This document shows, piece by piece, positions 51,158 through 64,000 of a DNA stretch of 64,000 nucleotides. Where the stretch lies: positions 20,274,001-20,338,000 of the forward strand of contig NC_043014.1 of assembly GCF_006345805.1 (NCBI RefSeq). Reading direction: 5' to 3'. This DNA is from Octopus sinensis. Taxonomy: Eukaryota. The notes under the pieces were generated by a model. That model was not told where the DNA came from. It searched no databases and saw only the letters and a program-made list of their open reading frames with translations. Both the position numbers and the translations under genes were made by a program. Each line of letters starts with the position of its first letter. Within the stretch, counting starts at the first letter, position 1.

Positions 51158-51370
51158 CATACATAGTTCCTACACGCATTTTTTCTCTCCTTGTTTCTCT
51201 CCTTGTTCTTTTCTGTGTATCTTTCTGTCGAAGAGCGTAGGCTCGAAACGTAAAAGACTTGTTCTATTTCTATTCCTGAGCGCCATACTAATACATTTGT
51301 TTGTTTGTACTCCAACTGCCTTCGTCTTTTGTTTATTTTCGTAAACCTTCCCGTTATATATATATATATA

Positions 51371-51447
<77 letters not shown>

Positions 51448-51638
51448 CATAGTTCCTACACGCATTTTTTCTCTCCTTGTTCTCTCCTTGTTTTCTTTCT
51501 GTGGTTTTCTGTCGAAGAGCGTAGGCTCGAAACGTAAAAGACTTGTTCTATTTCTATCCTGAGCGCCATACTAATACATTGGTTGTTTGTACTCCACCTG
51601 CCTTCGTCTTTTGTTTATTTTCGTAAACCTTCCCGTTA
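51158..51638 (+). mobile_element. Tandem pair of family A termini (about 197 bp each) separated by (TA)n, each with an HHR-like motif
   Basis: Units 51158-51356 and 51444-51638 are nearly identical; motif CTGTCGA-A-GAGC(GTAG)GCTC-GAAA-C-GTA-AAAG at 51221-51256 and 51505-51540. Confidence 0.9.
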
Positions 51639-51655
51639 TCTATAATATATTATAT

Positions 51656-51710
<55 letters not shown>

Positions 51711-52099
51711 TATTATATATTACATAAGTATAAGATCGTTATTTAAATATCGAACTTATCAAGTAGCCAGCATGGGAATAAAAACCTTCAAAGGTAATAA
51801 TTATTATCAAAATTATAATTTAGTATATCTAAGAGATACCACCACGCTTTATATACCAATCCGGTGCTGTATGAACTTTTATTGTGGTTTTAGAGTCAAC
51901 TTTTGGCTACTATTTCAAGCGTGGTGGTATCTCTTAGATACCCTAAATTATAATTTTATATATATATATAATTATATATATAGCGAGAGGAAGAGAGACA
52001 GGCAGACAGATAAACAGTGACAGATACTAAGAGACAGACAGAGAAACAGAAAAAGAGGGAGCTTAATAGCCATGATATACATATATGTATCATCATCAA

Positions 52100-52400
52100 C
52101 CAAGTGCCCTTTCTGCAACCGACAGTCGGCTTCTTAAAACTTCAGTTCCGCTCTGTTATGTTGTATACAAAGAATCAATCTCTTGCTTTCTGACAATTCT
52201 TTGAGGTCAGAAGTCCATCAACGACTTTGCAAACTCGTGTTTTCTTCGGCGCATTCCATTTTCCAAAATATGGCAGTGTCATGGACTTGATTCTCACCAA
52301 TAGATGTGTTTGGACTTTTAGCATTTCTAGAACTGCTGCATTTGTTAACCTGTCTTTCTAATTTATTCTGTTCAATCTTCGAAAAACCCGCTTCTTAATG
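52100..52400 (-). mobile_element. RTE-clade LINE RT C-terminal relic
   Basis: Hand translation: FRRLNRIN*KDRLTNAAVLEML..HLLVRIKSMTLPYFG, matching the RTE motif RRILRISW.D..TN..VL...IK.R.L.YFG. Confidence 0.6.
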
Positions 52401-52427
52401 ACATCTACCGCCTCCATTGCTCTGTAT

Positions 52428-52643
52428 ATTAGTTTCAAATTTTGGCACAAGGCCAGCAAGTTTGGGGGAAGGGTTAAGTCGATAACTTCGAACCCAGTGT
52501 TCAAGTGGTACGTATTTTATCGATCTCGAGTTGGTGAAAGGCACTGTCGACATTGGCAGAACTTGAACTCTGAACAGCAAGACGGACGAAAAGCCGCTAA
52601 ACACGTTACTCGGCGTGCTAGCCATTTTCAAGCTCGCCCTCTT
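52428..52643 (-). mobile_element. SINE family b
   Basis: Homologous to 12800-13012 over its full length. Confidence 0.8.
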
Positions 52644-53384
52644 AATTGTTCTGTATACTCTGCAAGATTCTGCGACGTAGAAGAAAGATCGCATAATATA
52701 ATAGTTTACTATCTGCATTTTTAATGTAGCATAATGTATTTTGAATTACCAATGATGATATATATATACATGTGTGTGTGTGTTTATGTATATACATATG
52801 TTTGTGTGCATATATATATATACATAGATATATACATATATATACATATACATACATTCTACATACACACCATGTATATATACATACATACGTACATACA
52901 TACTTACATATACATATACATACATGCATACAACATACACGCATACATACATACATCCACACATTCATCAATGCGATAATTATAACAGTCGTTACAGTTA
53001 CAAGTATCCGATTCACCTATGTTTTGTTGATGTTACTGTTGTTGCTGCTGTTGTTCTCATTATGTTACCGATGTAGGCTTTTAGCCCCACCCCTTCTCTA
53101 ATTGAGCAGATGCATGTTCACAGATTTCTAGTCATGAATATCCTGTTTTGTGTTCTGCTATTGGGCATCTAGAACTACATCATTAAACGATTTTTTCCTT
53201 GTTAAAAACATTAGAATCGGATTTGAAATGATTTAGGTTACGACATTTTGTAGGTCAACACTTCTTACTACTGGTGTTCTTTCAGTTAACATCGCTGTTT
53301 CTGTGGTCGTTATCGTTATTGTAATTGGTATTGTTGTTATATGTATTACTTATTTGTTGTTAATATTATTCTTTTCTTTTATTC

Positions 53385-54145
53385 TTTTATTTGACTGCAG
53401 CCAAGCTGGAACACCGCCTTTAGTCAAGCAAATCGGCCCCAGGACTTATACTTTGTAAGCCTAGTACTTATTCTATCGGTCTCTCTAGCCAAACCGTTAA
53501 GTGACGGGGATGTAAACAGACCAGCATCAGTTGTCAAGCGATGTTGCGGGGACAAAAAACAGAACACAACCTATACATACATACATATCTATATATCTAT
53601 ATATATATATATATATAAGATATATATTAATATATATATATATATATATATATAATAATCAATAAATAAAACATATGCACACATACATACATGCACGCAC
53701 CCACCTCTACATGTACACACACATACATATATGGGTACAGAACACCAAAAAACGTCGAACACAATGAGAAACGAAAACACAAACACAAAACCAAGGAACC
53801 GGACAGTTTTCTCAAACAACGAAAAAATAGAGCACAGGACAAACAACACAAGGAAAATTCCCCTTCTTCAGTCGGCATGGTTTCATCCACCCTGCGTTTC
53901 GAAAGTGAAGGCGATACGCATCTTCGATAGAAACTTTCCTTCCCGCGAAACGCAAATTAAATAAAATTTGAGATCTTATATATATACGGTGGGCTTCTTT
54001 CAGTTTCCGTCTACAAATTCTACTCACAAGGATTTGGTCGGCCCGAGGCTATAGTAGTAGACACTTGCCCAAGGTGCCACGCAGTGGGATTGAACCCGGA
54101 ACCATGAGGATTGTAAACCATCTACTTACCACACAGCCATTCTTG
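53385..54145 (-). mobile_element. Family a SINE with a family D element (53726-53975) inserted in its internal microsatellite
   Basis: Tail about 53385-53565, head about 53985-54145, family D element between them. Confidence 0.75.
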
Positions 54146-54605
54146 CGTACATGTTATTATTGAAATTATTGTTGAGGAAGGTTTAGATACTGCTTTCATT
54201 AATCACATCGACCACGTACACGCTCTCTATTTTGTGCTCATGCCGTTGTAGCTGTTGTCCGACATATTTGAAATGTTTCTACCACTGGCAACGTTGTGGT
54301 TGTGATTATAGTTACTGCTTCTATTAGTTTTATTTTAATTAAACTCCTTGCTGTTGTTCTTGCTGGTACAACAGTTGTTCATGATTGATGTTTGCCGTCG
54401 TCGTCATCATCGCTTGTTGTTGTTGTTGTTGTTGTTGTTGATGTACTGCTGCTGCTGCAGCTACTTTTCATGATTTTGTTGTTTGTGCCGTAGAAGGATA
54501 ATGAACCGGATGAATAATAGAAATGCATTTCCACTGTTAGGGCCGCACATTTTCCTGATGATGTAGCGATAGAAGAAAATTTCTGAGCAATAGCGGGAGT
54601 GACAA

Positions 54606-54658
54606 AGAAGAAGAAGAAGAAGAAGAAGAAGAAGAAGAAGAAGAAGAAGAAGAAGAAG
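54606..54658. repeat. (GAA)n microsatellite
   Basis: Direct reading. Confidence 0.98.
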
Positions 54659-56683
54659 CGACGTCAATGACAAGAACAATAAGAAACGAGATGTCAGAAA
54701 TATTTTTTATAGATATTCATTTATTGAAATCTGTTAATTACGCGTTGATGAGCTTATTGATTAAGACGGTTCTGGAATAATTTCTGTAGCCATGCGACGG
54801 CATGTACAGGTATACTTCCCTTTATAATTATTCAAACTAAGTACAGCCAATATATTCTCAGTGGATATTCTTTCTTATTAATCATTTCTCAGACCCCGAT
54901 ATAGTAACCTAGCTCTACAGGATGTTTTTCATATTCCATTTTAACGAATCTTTCTTGTTTTTTAGCACATGACCCCAAGTATTAAAATATGCAATGAAAA
55001 CATATAATCTAAATACAATCTACATATAATCTACATATAATCTGCAGGGTCATTGACTGGTTACGACAAGGTCACTTGTTCCGGCACTGTTATTCTATAT
55101 ATCTCCGGTGGGTTGAATTTCTGCTGTCTATAGCGGTAGAGTGTCCATCATTGACAAGACCAAGCAAGATCGAAATCACGTGAACTGGTGGTCTCGATGC
55201 TGGAGGTGACGGGGATTTATCTCCCTGCTAAAGATATAAACAAGAGCGCATTTGACACCAAAACCAATATGAGAGTTTCTCTCATGGCAACTACTGCAGT
55301 ATAGCTTGTTCTTACGGAACATCCATGATTCAGTGGGGATAAATATTACTTCTTGGTATTAAAACTGCCTTTATCGTTAACAAATGTAATCTACTTTTCT
55401 TGTTTTAACAATGATTTGTTTCTGCATAAACGTTATTTCTAAATTTACACTGGTGTGACTTTCTTAAACTCCATTATTCTAATTCTATGCACCATATTAA
55501 CTATATATTCTGTGATTATCTCGATATGATAATAGACGATGTAAATGTCTAAGCATTTTATATCACATAGAGAGAGGCGGAGAGACTGTAAAAAAAGTGG
55601 GTTACAGTGAGAGTAAGAGTTGATAAAAGAACGCTGAAATTTTTAAAATGCAGAGGTGAGAGGATGATAAAGATTATAAAAGCTACGTAGTGGATAGACG
55701 GCAAATACATAAAATACGCACAAATAGACACACACAAACACGTCCACACATACACGCACGCACAACACACACACACACACACATAGGTGCAGCCACAGCT
55801 TATATAGTTCGATGAACAGTTGGTAGGAAGAAGTAAAGGAGCAGATGTCAGTGCACGTTTGTATGTTTATGTATTTGTCTCAATTTAAATTAATAACCAT
55901 TTTACACAACGTCAACTGACGTGTTAAATCATGTTTTCAGTTAACTTCATTCAGGAAGGAAGGAATATATTTGCCTTCCAGAGCGACACTCACACGTACG
56001 TGTGCTCACATTTGATAATAGCCAATACAAATGCTTGTCAGTTGGTTTACATAGCAGAGAGAGAGATAGGGAAATATTCAAAGCAACAGAAAGAAAGAAA
56101 GAAGAGAGAGAGAGAGAGAGTTGATCCATAAAGCAGCGATCTAAAAGAATCGTCAGTACCCCTGGCACACTGCATAGCCGCATTTTGTCTGTCTTTATGT
56201 CACCGGAGTCAACTTTGTCTTTCATCCTTTCGCGATCAATAGAATACATACCACCAGTTAAGCTCTGGGGTTGATGTAATCGACTTAGCCCATCCCCTGA
56301 AATTGCAGGCCTTCTTTCAAAATTTGAAACCAATATAACACCTCCATGTAGAGTTCCTAATAACTTACTGAAAATACGTACTACTTTGTGCAAGGCAGAG
56401 ATCTGTTTTCGATGAAGTAGATTGCAATTATGTTGATAAAATTAAGGAAAATATAAACATATGTATTGCTAATATTTAATTATATTTTACGATACTGAAA
56501 TTTTTCTTTTCAAAAATTAATATCCATTTCATCATATTCCCCAGGCACTTAGAGATTTCATGACAGCTAAATTATAATTAATGTTGCTGATGCGTATTAC
56601 ATGATGTTAGCCAACAAACGGAAAATATACAACCGTACTCATCCGCTTCCTGGCAGATATCGCTCGAGAATGTGTGTGTGTAA

Positions 56684-56741
<58 letters not shown>

Positions 56742-56770
56742 GATAGATAGATAGATAGATAGATAGATAG
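56684..56770. repeat. (GATA)n microsatellite
   Basis: Direct reading. Confidence 0.97.
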
Positions 56771-56970
56771 GTGAATGCATGCATGGATGAGAGAGAAAAA
56801 GAAAGACAGGTCCCTGTACGTGTATATATGAGTGATTGAATTGATGTATTTATGTACAGAACTGTATGAAGCCATATTATAGATATCTTTTGCATACATA
56901 TGTTTATATATATATATATATATATAATATTAATAATATATATAATATATAATATTATATATATATATAG

Positions 56971-57240
56971 ACGTGTCTGATCAATAAGTATCCGGACTGT
57001 TACCAAGGTAACGAAGCTGAAGCACGCAGAGTTTAACCGCGTCGCACAAATTGACTTTGAAATCTGCTGTGCATGCGCACTGCTTTAACGTTCTAGGTCA
57101 CATCCGCTGTTTACAGCACTGCTTGGAAGAAAATGAGCTAGAACGTTAAAACTTCATGCACCTGCACAGCAACATTCAAGATCAATATGTGCCCAGCGGC
57201 TTTACTCTGCGTGCTTTAACTTCGTTACTATGGCAACAGT
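56971..57240. mobile_element. Foldback MITE with long imperfect inverted arms (Tc1/mariner-like)
   Basis: Arms 56996-57096 and 57138-57240 align as reverse complements (e.g. gtaacgaagctgaagcacgcagag / ctctgcgtgctttaacttcgttac). Confidence 0.75.
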
Positions 57241-57753
57241 CATCACCTCGGGCACAATGCATAGCCTCATCTCCATGACGGTAATATATTTTTTTTTATG
57301 AAGGCAAAGAGAAGAAACAATGAATCAACACGACTAGGATTAACTATATACGCGTTTAGAGATTAGAGTGATTTAAATTGTACTTCTCTCTTCAGCATAG
57401 TATTTCCAATTATAAAATTTGAAAGTGCTAGGGTTAAATATGCTCAAAATGGAGCGATATCATGTAACAGATATCCAACCAACACTTCCAAAATTTACAC
57501 AGCCGAATGTGAATACACAATTCAAACTCTATACCGACGTGTATTTATATATATATACGTATATATACGTATCGGAGTAGATGAAACGGGGACAACTGAT
57601 GAAGGGGGATATTCTTTATGTTCCATGTCTCGTTCCTCTGTTTGTTCTTTTTTTTTTTCGTTGTTCGTAAAAAAGTTCGTTTTCTATGTTTTCGTTTCTC
57701 ATTGTGTTTAACGTTTTTTTTTCTTCTTGTTGATGACCTGTACCCATATATGC

Positions 57754-57827
<74 letters not shown>

Positions 57828-57955
57828 GTAGATATGTACATATATGTATGTATTTATGTATATATGCATATATCTATATACTATTTATATTTTTATATGA
57901 TCGAACGCCACGCATCCTTTTCCAAGTAAGTTTTATCTATATGTTTATATATATG

Positions 57956-59982
<2,027 letters not shown>

Positions 59983-59985
<3 letters not shown>

Positions 59986-60362
59986 CGTGGTCGTGTGGTA
60001 AGAAGCGTGCTCGCCAACCACATGTGGGCAAGTGTCTGCCATTATGGCCTTGGGCCGACCAAAGTATTTTGAGTTGATTTGGTAGACTGAAACAGAATGA
60101 ACCCCGTCATACATATATATATATATATATACATAAATGTGTTTGTGTGTGTGTGTGTCTTTATGTATGTGTTTGTTCTCCATCATTGCTTAACCACCAG
60201 CGTATGTTCGATTACGTCCCCGTAACTTGGCGTTGCGGCCACTAAGTGAGGGATAGAATAATTACCAGATTTAAAAGATATAAGTCCTGGTGTCGATCTG
60301 TTCGACTAAACTCCTCGAAGGAAGTGCCCCAGCATGGTCACAGTCGAATGACTGAAAAGAAA
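59983..60362 (+). mobile_element. Bipartite family a SINE
   Basis: Head 'ggcgtggtcgtgtggtaagaagc', internal (TA)n(TG)n, tail 'gtgccccagcatggtcacagtcgaatgactgaaa'. Confidence 0.8.
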
Positions 60363-60420
60363 TGCGGTGCTTCAACATGTCCCTAGCCTGAAGCCGGTAA
60401 AACAATTAAAGAATATACCT

Positions 60421-60504
<84 letters not shown>

Positions 60505-60763
60505 CACATACACATATACGGTTGTATGCATACATATTACATATATGCATGGGTGTGGTTGTGGGTGCATATATTCTATTTATTCGTTCAACAGTTTTAG
60601 TGCTGGAGCACGTATATCAAAAATGTTATATATATATATATGTACATGCATGCGCATATACTCTAATGTTTTAATATATACATAATTGCAACTATATATA
60701 TATCTGGAGAGAAAGAGAAACAGCAGACAGACGACAGACAGAGACACAGAGACAGAGGGATAG

Positions 60764-60898
<135 letters not shown>

Positions 60899-61344
60899 TA
60901 CATCCATAAATTTGTTTTTAAACATCCATGTGTGTGTGTGTGTGAGTGTGTGTGTGTGTGTGTAATATGAAAATCCTGGCAGAGAGAAGCCGCATAAATG
61001 CATAATTTCGATAATTGGTAGTTTTTTCTTGCTTATTTTTTCCCACCTTTCGATAAACACATAGATCTATCCAATTAAATTCTAAATTCAGTACAATATC
61101 ACTTGTATTCAATGAAATCAGAATTATGCTTCAAAAATGTTATCAACTTATTTACAATCTTCAACACAGATTGGAATGAAATCCACCTAACAAGAAAATA
61201 TCTGTGTTCACCATGTAATGGGGTGTGCATTCGCCTTTCTCTATTAAAAGCGGAAATAGTACTAAGTTTGTCAAAGTTTTGATAGACCATTGATTTTGTT
61301 GGAGAGCGCTCCTGGTCCGAAACCACCATTGTCGGGCTCGCGTT

Positions 61345-61569
61345 TTACTCTTTAGTCTTCTACTTGTTTCAGTCATTTGACTGTGGCCATGCTGGAGCAC
61401 CACCTTTAGTCGAAAAAATCGACCCCAGGACTTATTCTTTGTAAGCCTAGTACTTATTTTATCGGCCTCTCTTGCCGAACCGCTAAGTTACGGGGACCTA
61501 AACACACCAGCATCGGTTGTCAAGCGATGTTGGGGGCACAAACACAGACACACAAACATATACACACAC

Positions 61570-61609
<40 letters not shown>

Positions 61610-61755
61610 GACGGGCTTCTTTCAGTTTCCGTCTACCAAATCCACTCACAAAGCATTGGTCGGCCCGAGGCTATAGTAGAAGACACTTGCCCAACGTGCC
61701 ACGCAGTGGGCTGAACCCGGAACCATGTGGTTGGTAAGCAAACTACTTACTACAC
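61345..61755 (-). mobile_element. Well-preserved bipartite family a SINE
   Basis: Head B-box 'ggttccgggttcagcccactgcgtggcacgttgggcaagtgtc' on the minus strand; full tail. Confidence 0.88.
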
Positions 61756-61982
61756 ACGTGTTCCTACACCTACGTCCAAAACATTTATTTTCCTAATTGC
61801 AACATTTGCCTTAGCATTGAGTGCTCTAAAATATGAAGGCTCTAGAAGCTTTCGTAAAGCAATAAGAAAACTTCTGAGTAATATGACGGAAACAATATGC
61901 GTGTGTGCATGTGTGTGTGCGTATGTATGTGTGTTTGTATGTCTGTATACATGTGCATTTGTGTGTGCGTGTGTATCAATGG

Positions 61983-62300
61983 GTGTGTAGTCGTAGGTAT
62001 GGGTGGGCGGGTAAGAAGCTTTACAACCTTGTGATTTGCGTCCCCCTGCGCGGCACTTTTGGCAACTGTCTTCTACCTATAATTGCGCGCAGACCGATGA
62101 GGTGTTAGTAAATTTGGGAGATAGAAACTGTGGGAGATAGAAACCCGTCGTATATTTGCGTATATGTGTGTTTGGCCACCGCTCCGTTTGGCAATCGGTG
62201 TTGGTTTGCTTACGTAACTTAACAGTTTGTCGAACGAATTTGTTGAAATAAGTACAAGATTTAAGCGGTCCACCAGCGATGCCGCAGTCCAATGACCAAA
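61983..62300 (+). mobile_element. Decayed family a SINE
   Basis: 'gtaagaagct...cggcacttttggcaactgtcttctac...cgtaacttaacagtttgtc' homologous to the other family a copies. Confidence 0.65.
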
Positions 62301-63739
62301 ATTCGTCAAAGATACAAGATACGCTTAGTTTGAAATCTGCATATATCGATTACATTGCTTCCAGTATATTTGGGTGAATGGTTGTATACAGAATTTAATT
62401 AGCTCCTCGCAAGGTACGACCACTATCGTGACACTGGAGCAATAAGATAGAGTTTTATATTGAACGATGTAATTAAATGCGTGCGTGCGCGCGTATGTGT
62501 GTAACGATGTACATAAGCATGTCATATAAACATGTCTGCCTTGTTCTATATGTGTAATTAATTCATACATAGAAACATGCATACATACATACATACATAC
62601 ATACATACATACATACATACATACATACATACATACAAACGTGTGTGGGCGTGAACACGTTTGCATGTTTAAGAAGGTTGAGATTGAATGATTGTGATGC
62701 TGACAAGGTGTGATGGAATGACTAATGAGCGAAATAGATGAGTGTGAAATATTGAATATTGTGCATCAAACTATAAATCACAATTTAATAACCGAAGATC
62801 AAAATTTCAAGAAATTTTGTGAACGCATCTTATGTGTGTATGTGTTTGTGTGTAAGGTCGAGATTCACATCGGAATTATTCGTAGTCAATGGCACTTTAT
62901 TCCAGATATTTCCATATTCATACATTATCTGAAAGGTTTCTAAACATAACTGAATATACGTCGCAGATGTCAAGAAATGCATGCCAGAACAAAACCACTC
63001 AGTTGAATTCAACAAGTAGATTTAAATGCAAGAATTTCAGCTAACTGCACTTCCTTTATTTCCAAATATTTTGGATTAGCTGGTATTATTCGAGGTATCT
63101 TTTCTTTTTCTAATCATGTTATACAATTCTAGACGCTTTGTGTTTCTAATTTCAAGGATAATCTCAATTAATCTGTTTGTCAAGTTCATACGTATATATA
63201 TTATATATATATATGTATATATGTATGTATGTATATATGTGATACGGTCATATATATTTTATTTATGCTAACTTTTTTCTCTAACGTATCTTAACTCAAA
63301 CATATTGTTGAAGATATATAGATAGATACCAAAATATTGTGAGTGGATTTGGTAAAAGGAAAGTAAACAAAGCCCTATGTATAATATATATATAGATATA
63401 TATATATATACTTACATACACTTGTGTTTATATATATATATACAAACACACGTACATACACACACACGCACGCACACACACACACACACACACATAGATT
63501 TAGAATCGACTCTAATAATGTAAACAATATTGATGGCAAATATGTAATGTTTTCTTCAAACACTTTTAGGATGCAGTATTTTTCCAAGGAAAATCTCTTT
63601 AAAAGTAGAGTGTTATAAAAGCGAAACAGTGTTTCGTTGTTATAACACCCTGAGAGAGGGGAAGGGAGAGAGAGAGTGAGAGAGAGAGAGTGTGAGAGAG
63701 TAAAAGGGATAAGTTTTATATATATATACATATATATAT

Positions 63740-63905
63740 TTAGCCGCAGAAGAAGCTGTGTGGTAAGTAGCTTGCTTACCAATCATATGGTTCTGGGTTC
63801 AGTCCCACTGCGTAAGTGACTTGGGTAAGTGTCTTCTACAATTGCCTCGAGCCAACCAAAGCTTTGTGAGTGGATTTGCTATATGGAAACTGAAAGAAGC
63901 CCGTC

Positions 63906-63907
<2 letters not shown>
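63740..63907 (+). mobile_element. Family a SINE head followed by (TA)n
   Basis: 'gctgtgtggtaagtagcttgct...gggttcagtcccactgcg...ttgggtaagtgtcttctac...ctgaaagaagcccgtcgta'. Confidence 0.85.
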
Positions 63908-63959
<52 letters not shown>

Positions 63960-64000
63960 ATATCAACAATAGTGATAAGAAGGATTATGACGAAGTTGCA

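Noticed and set aside
54240-54475. Minus-strand poly-Ala/poly-Gln frame resembling a transcription-factor domain
   Set aside because: Short, bounded by stops, explained by (GTT)n/(GCT)n simplicity, and lacking splice signals
55040-55330. GC-richer unique stretch with possible acceptors on both strands
   Set aside because: Open frames are short and unrecognisable, with no donor support
57585-57615. Family D GAAAC...CTGATGA as a type II hammerhead
   Set aside because: No room for a stem I hairpin, no UH triplet, and no pairing to close stem II
61099-61329. ORF with VRWIS, loosely like the hAT EVRWLS motif
   Set aside because: A single weak motif with no other transposase features or TIRs

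Overview
AT-rich, microsatellite-dense animal genomic DNA. The SINE/LINE/MITE families match those I recall from octopus, so I infer a coleoid cephalopod. I can support no intact host gene; nearly all ORFs in the track are translations of microsatellites or antisense frames of transposons. The window is largely transposon remnants: two Tx1/L1-clade LINE pieces, an R4/Dong LINE nested in a Penelope-like element (PLE), CR1, RTE and RLE-type LINE fragments, four coding PLE remnants (two Neptune-like, two Hydra-like), mariner, piggyBac and hAT relics, and many tRNA-derived SINEs. The most notable signal is a set of about a dozen minimal type I hammerhead ribozyme (HHR) motifs in at least five sequence families, located in PLE termini or in short (TA)n-flanked elements. 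They include intact cores (8107-8172 minus, 18404-18446, 33128-33162, 44620-44654), a tandem pair with 284-nt spacing that resembles a retrozyme (51158-51638), and a 172-bp palindrome carrying an HHR-like motif on each strand (48504-48675). All structures were read by eye and none has been computationally folded or searched.
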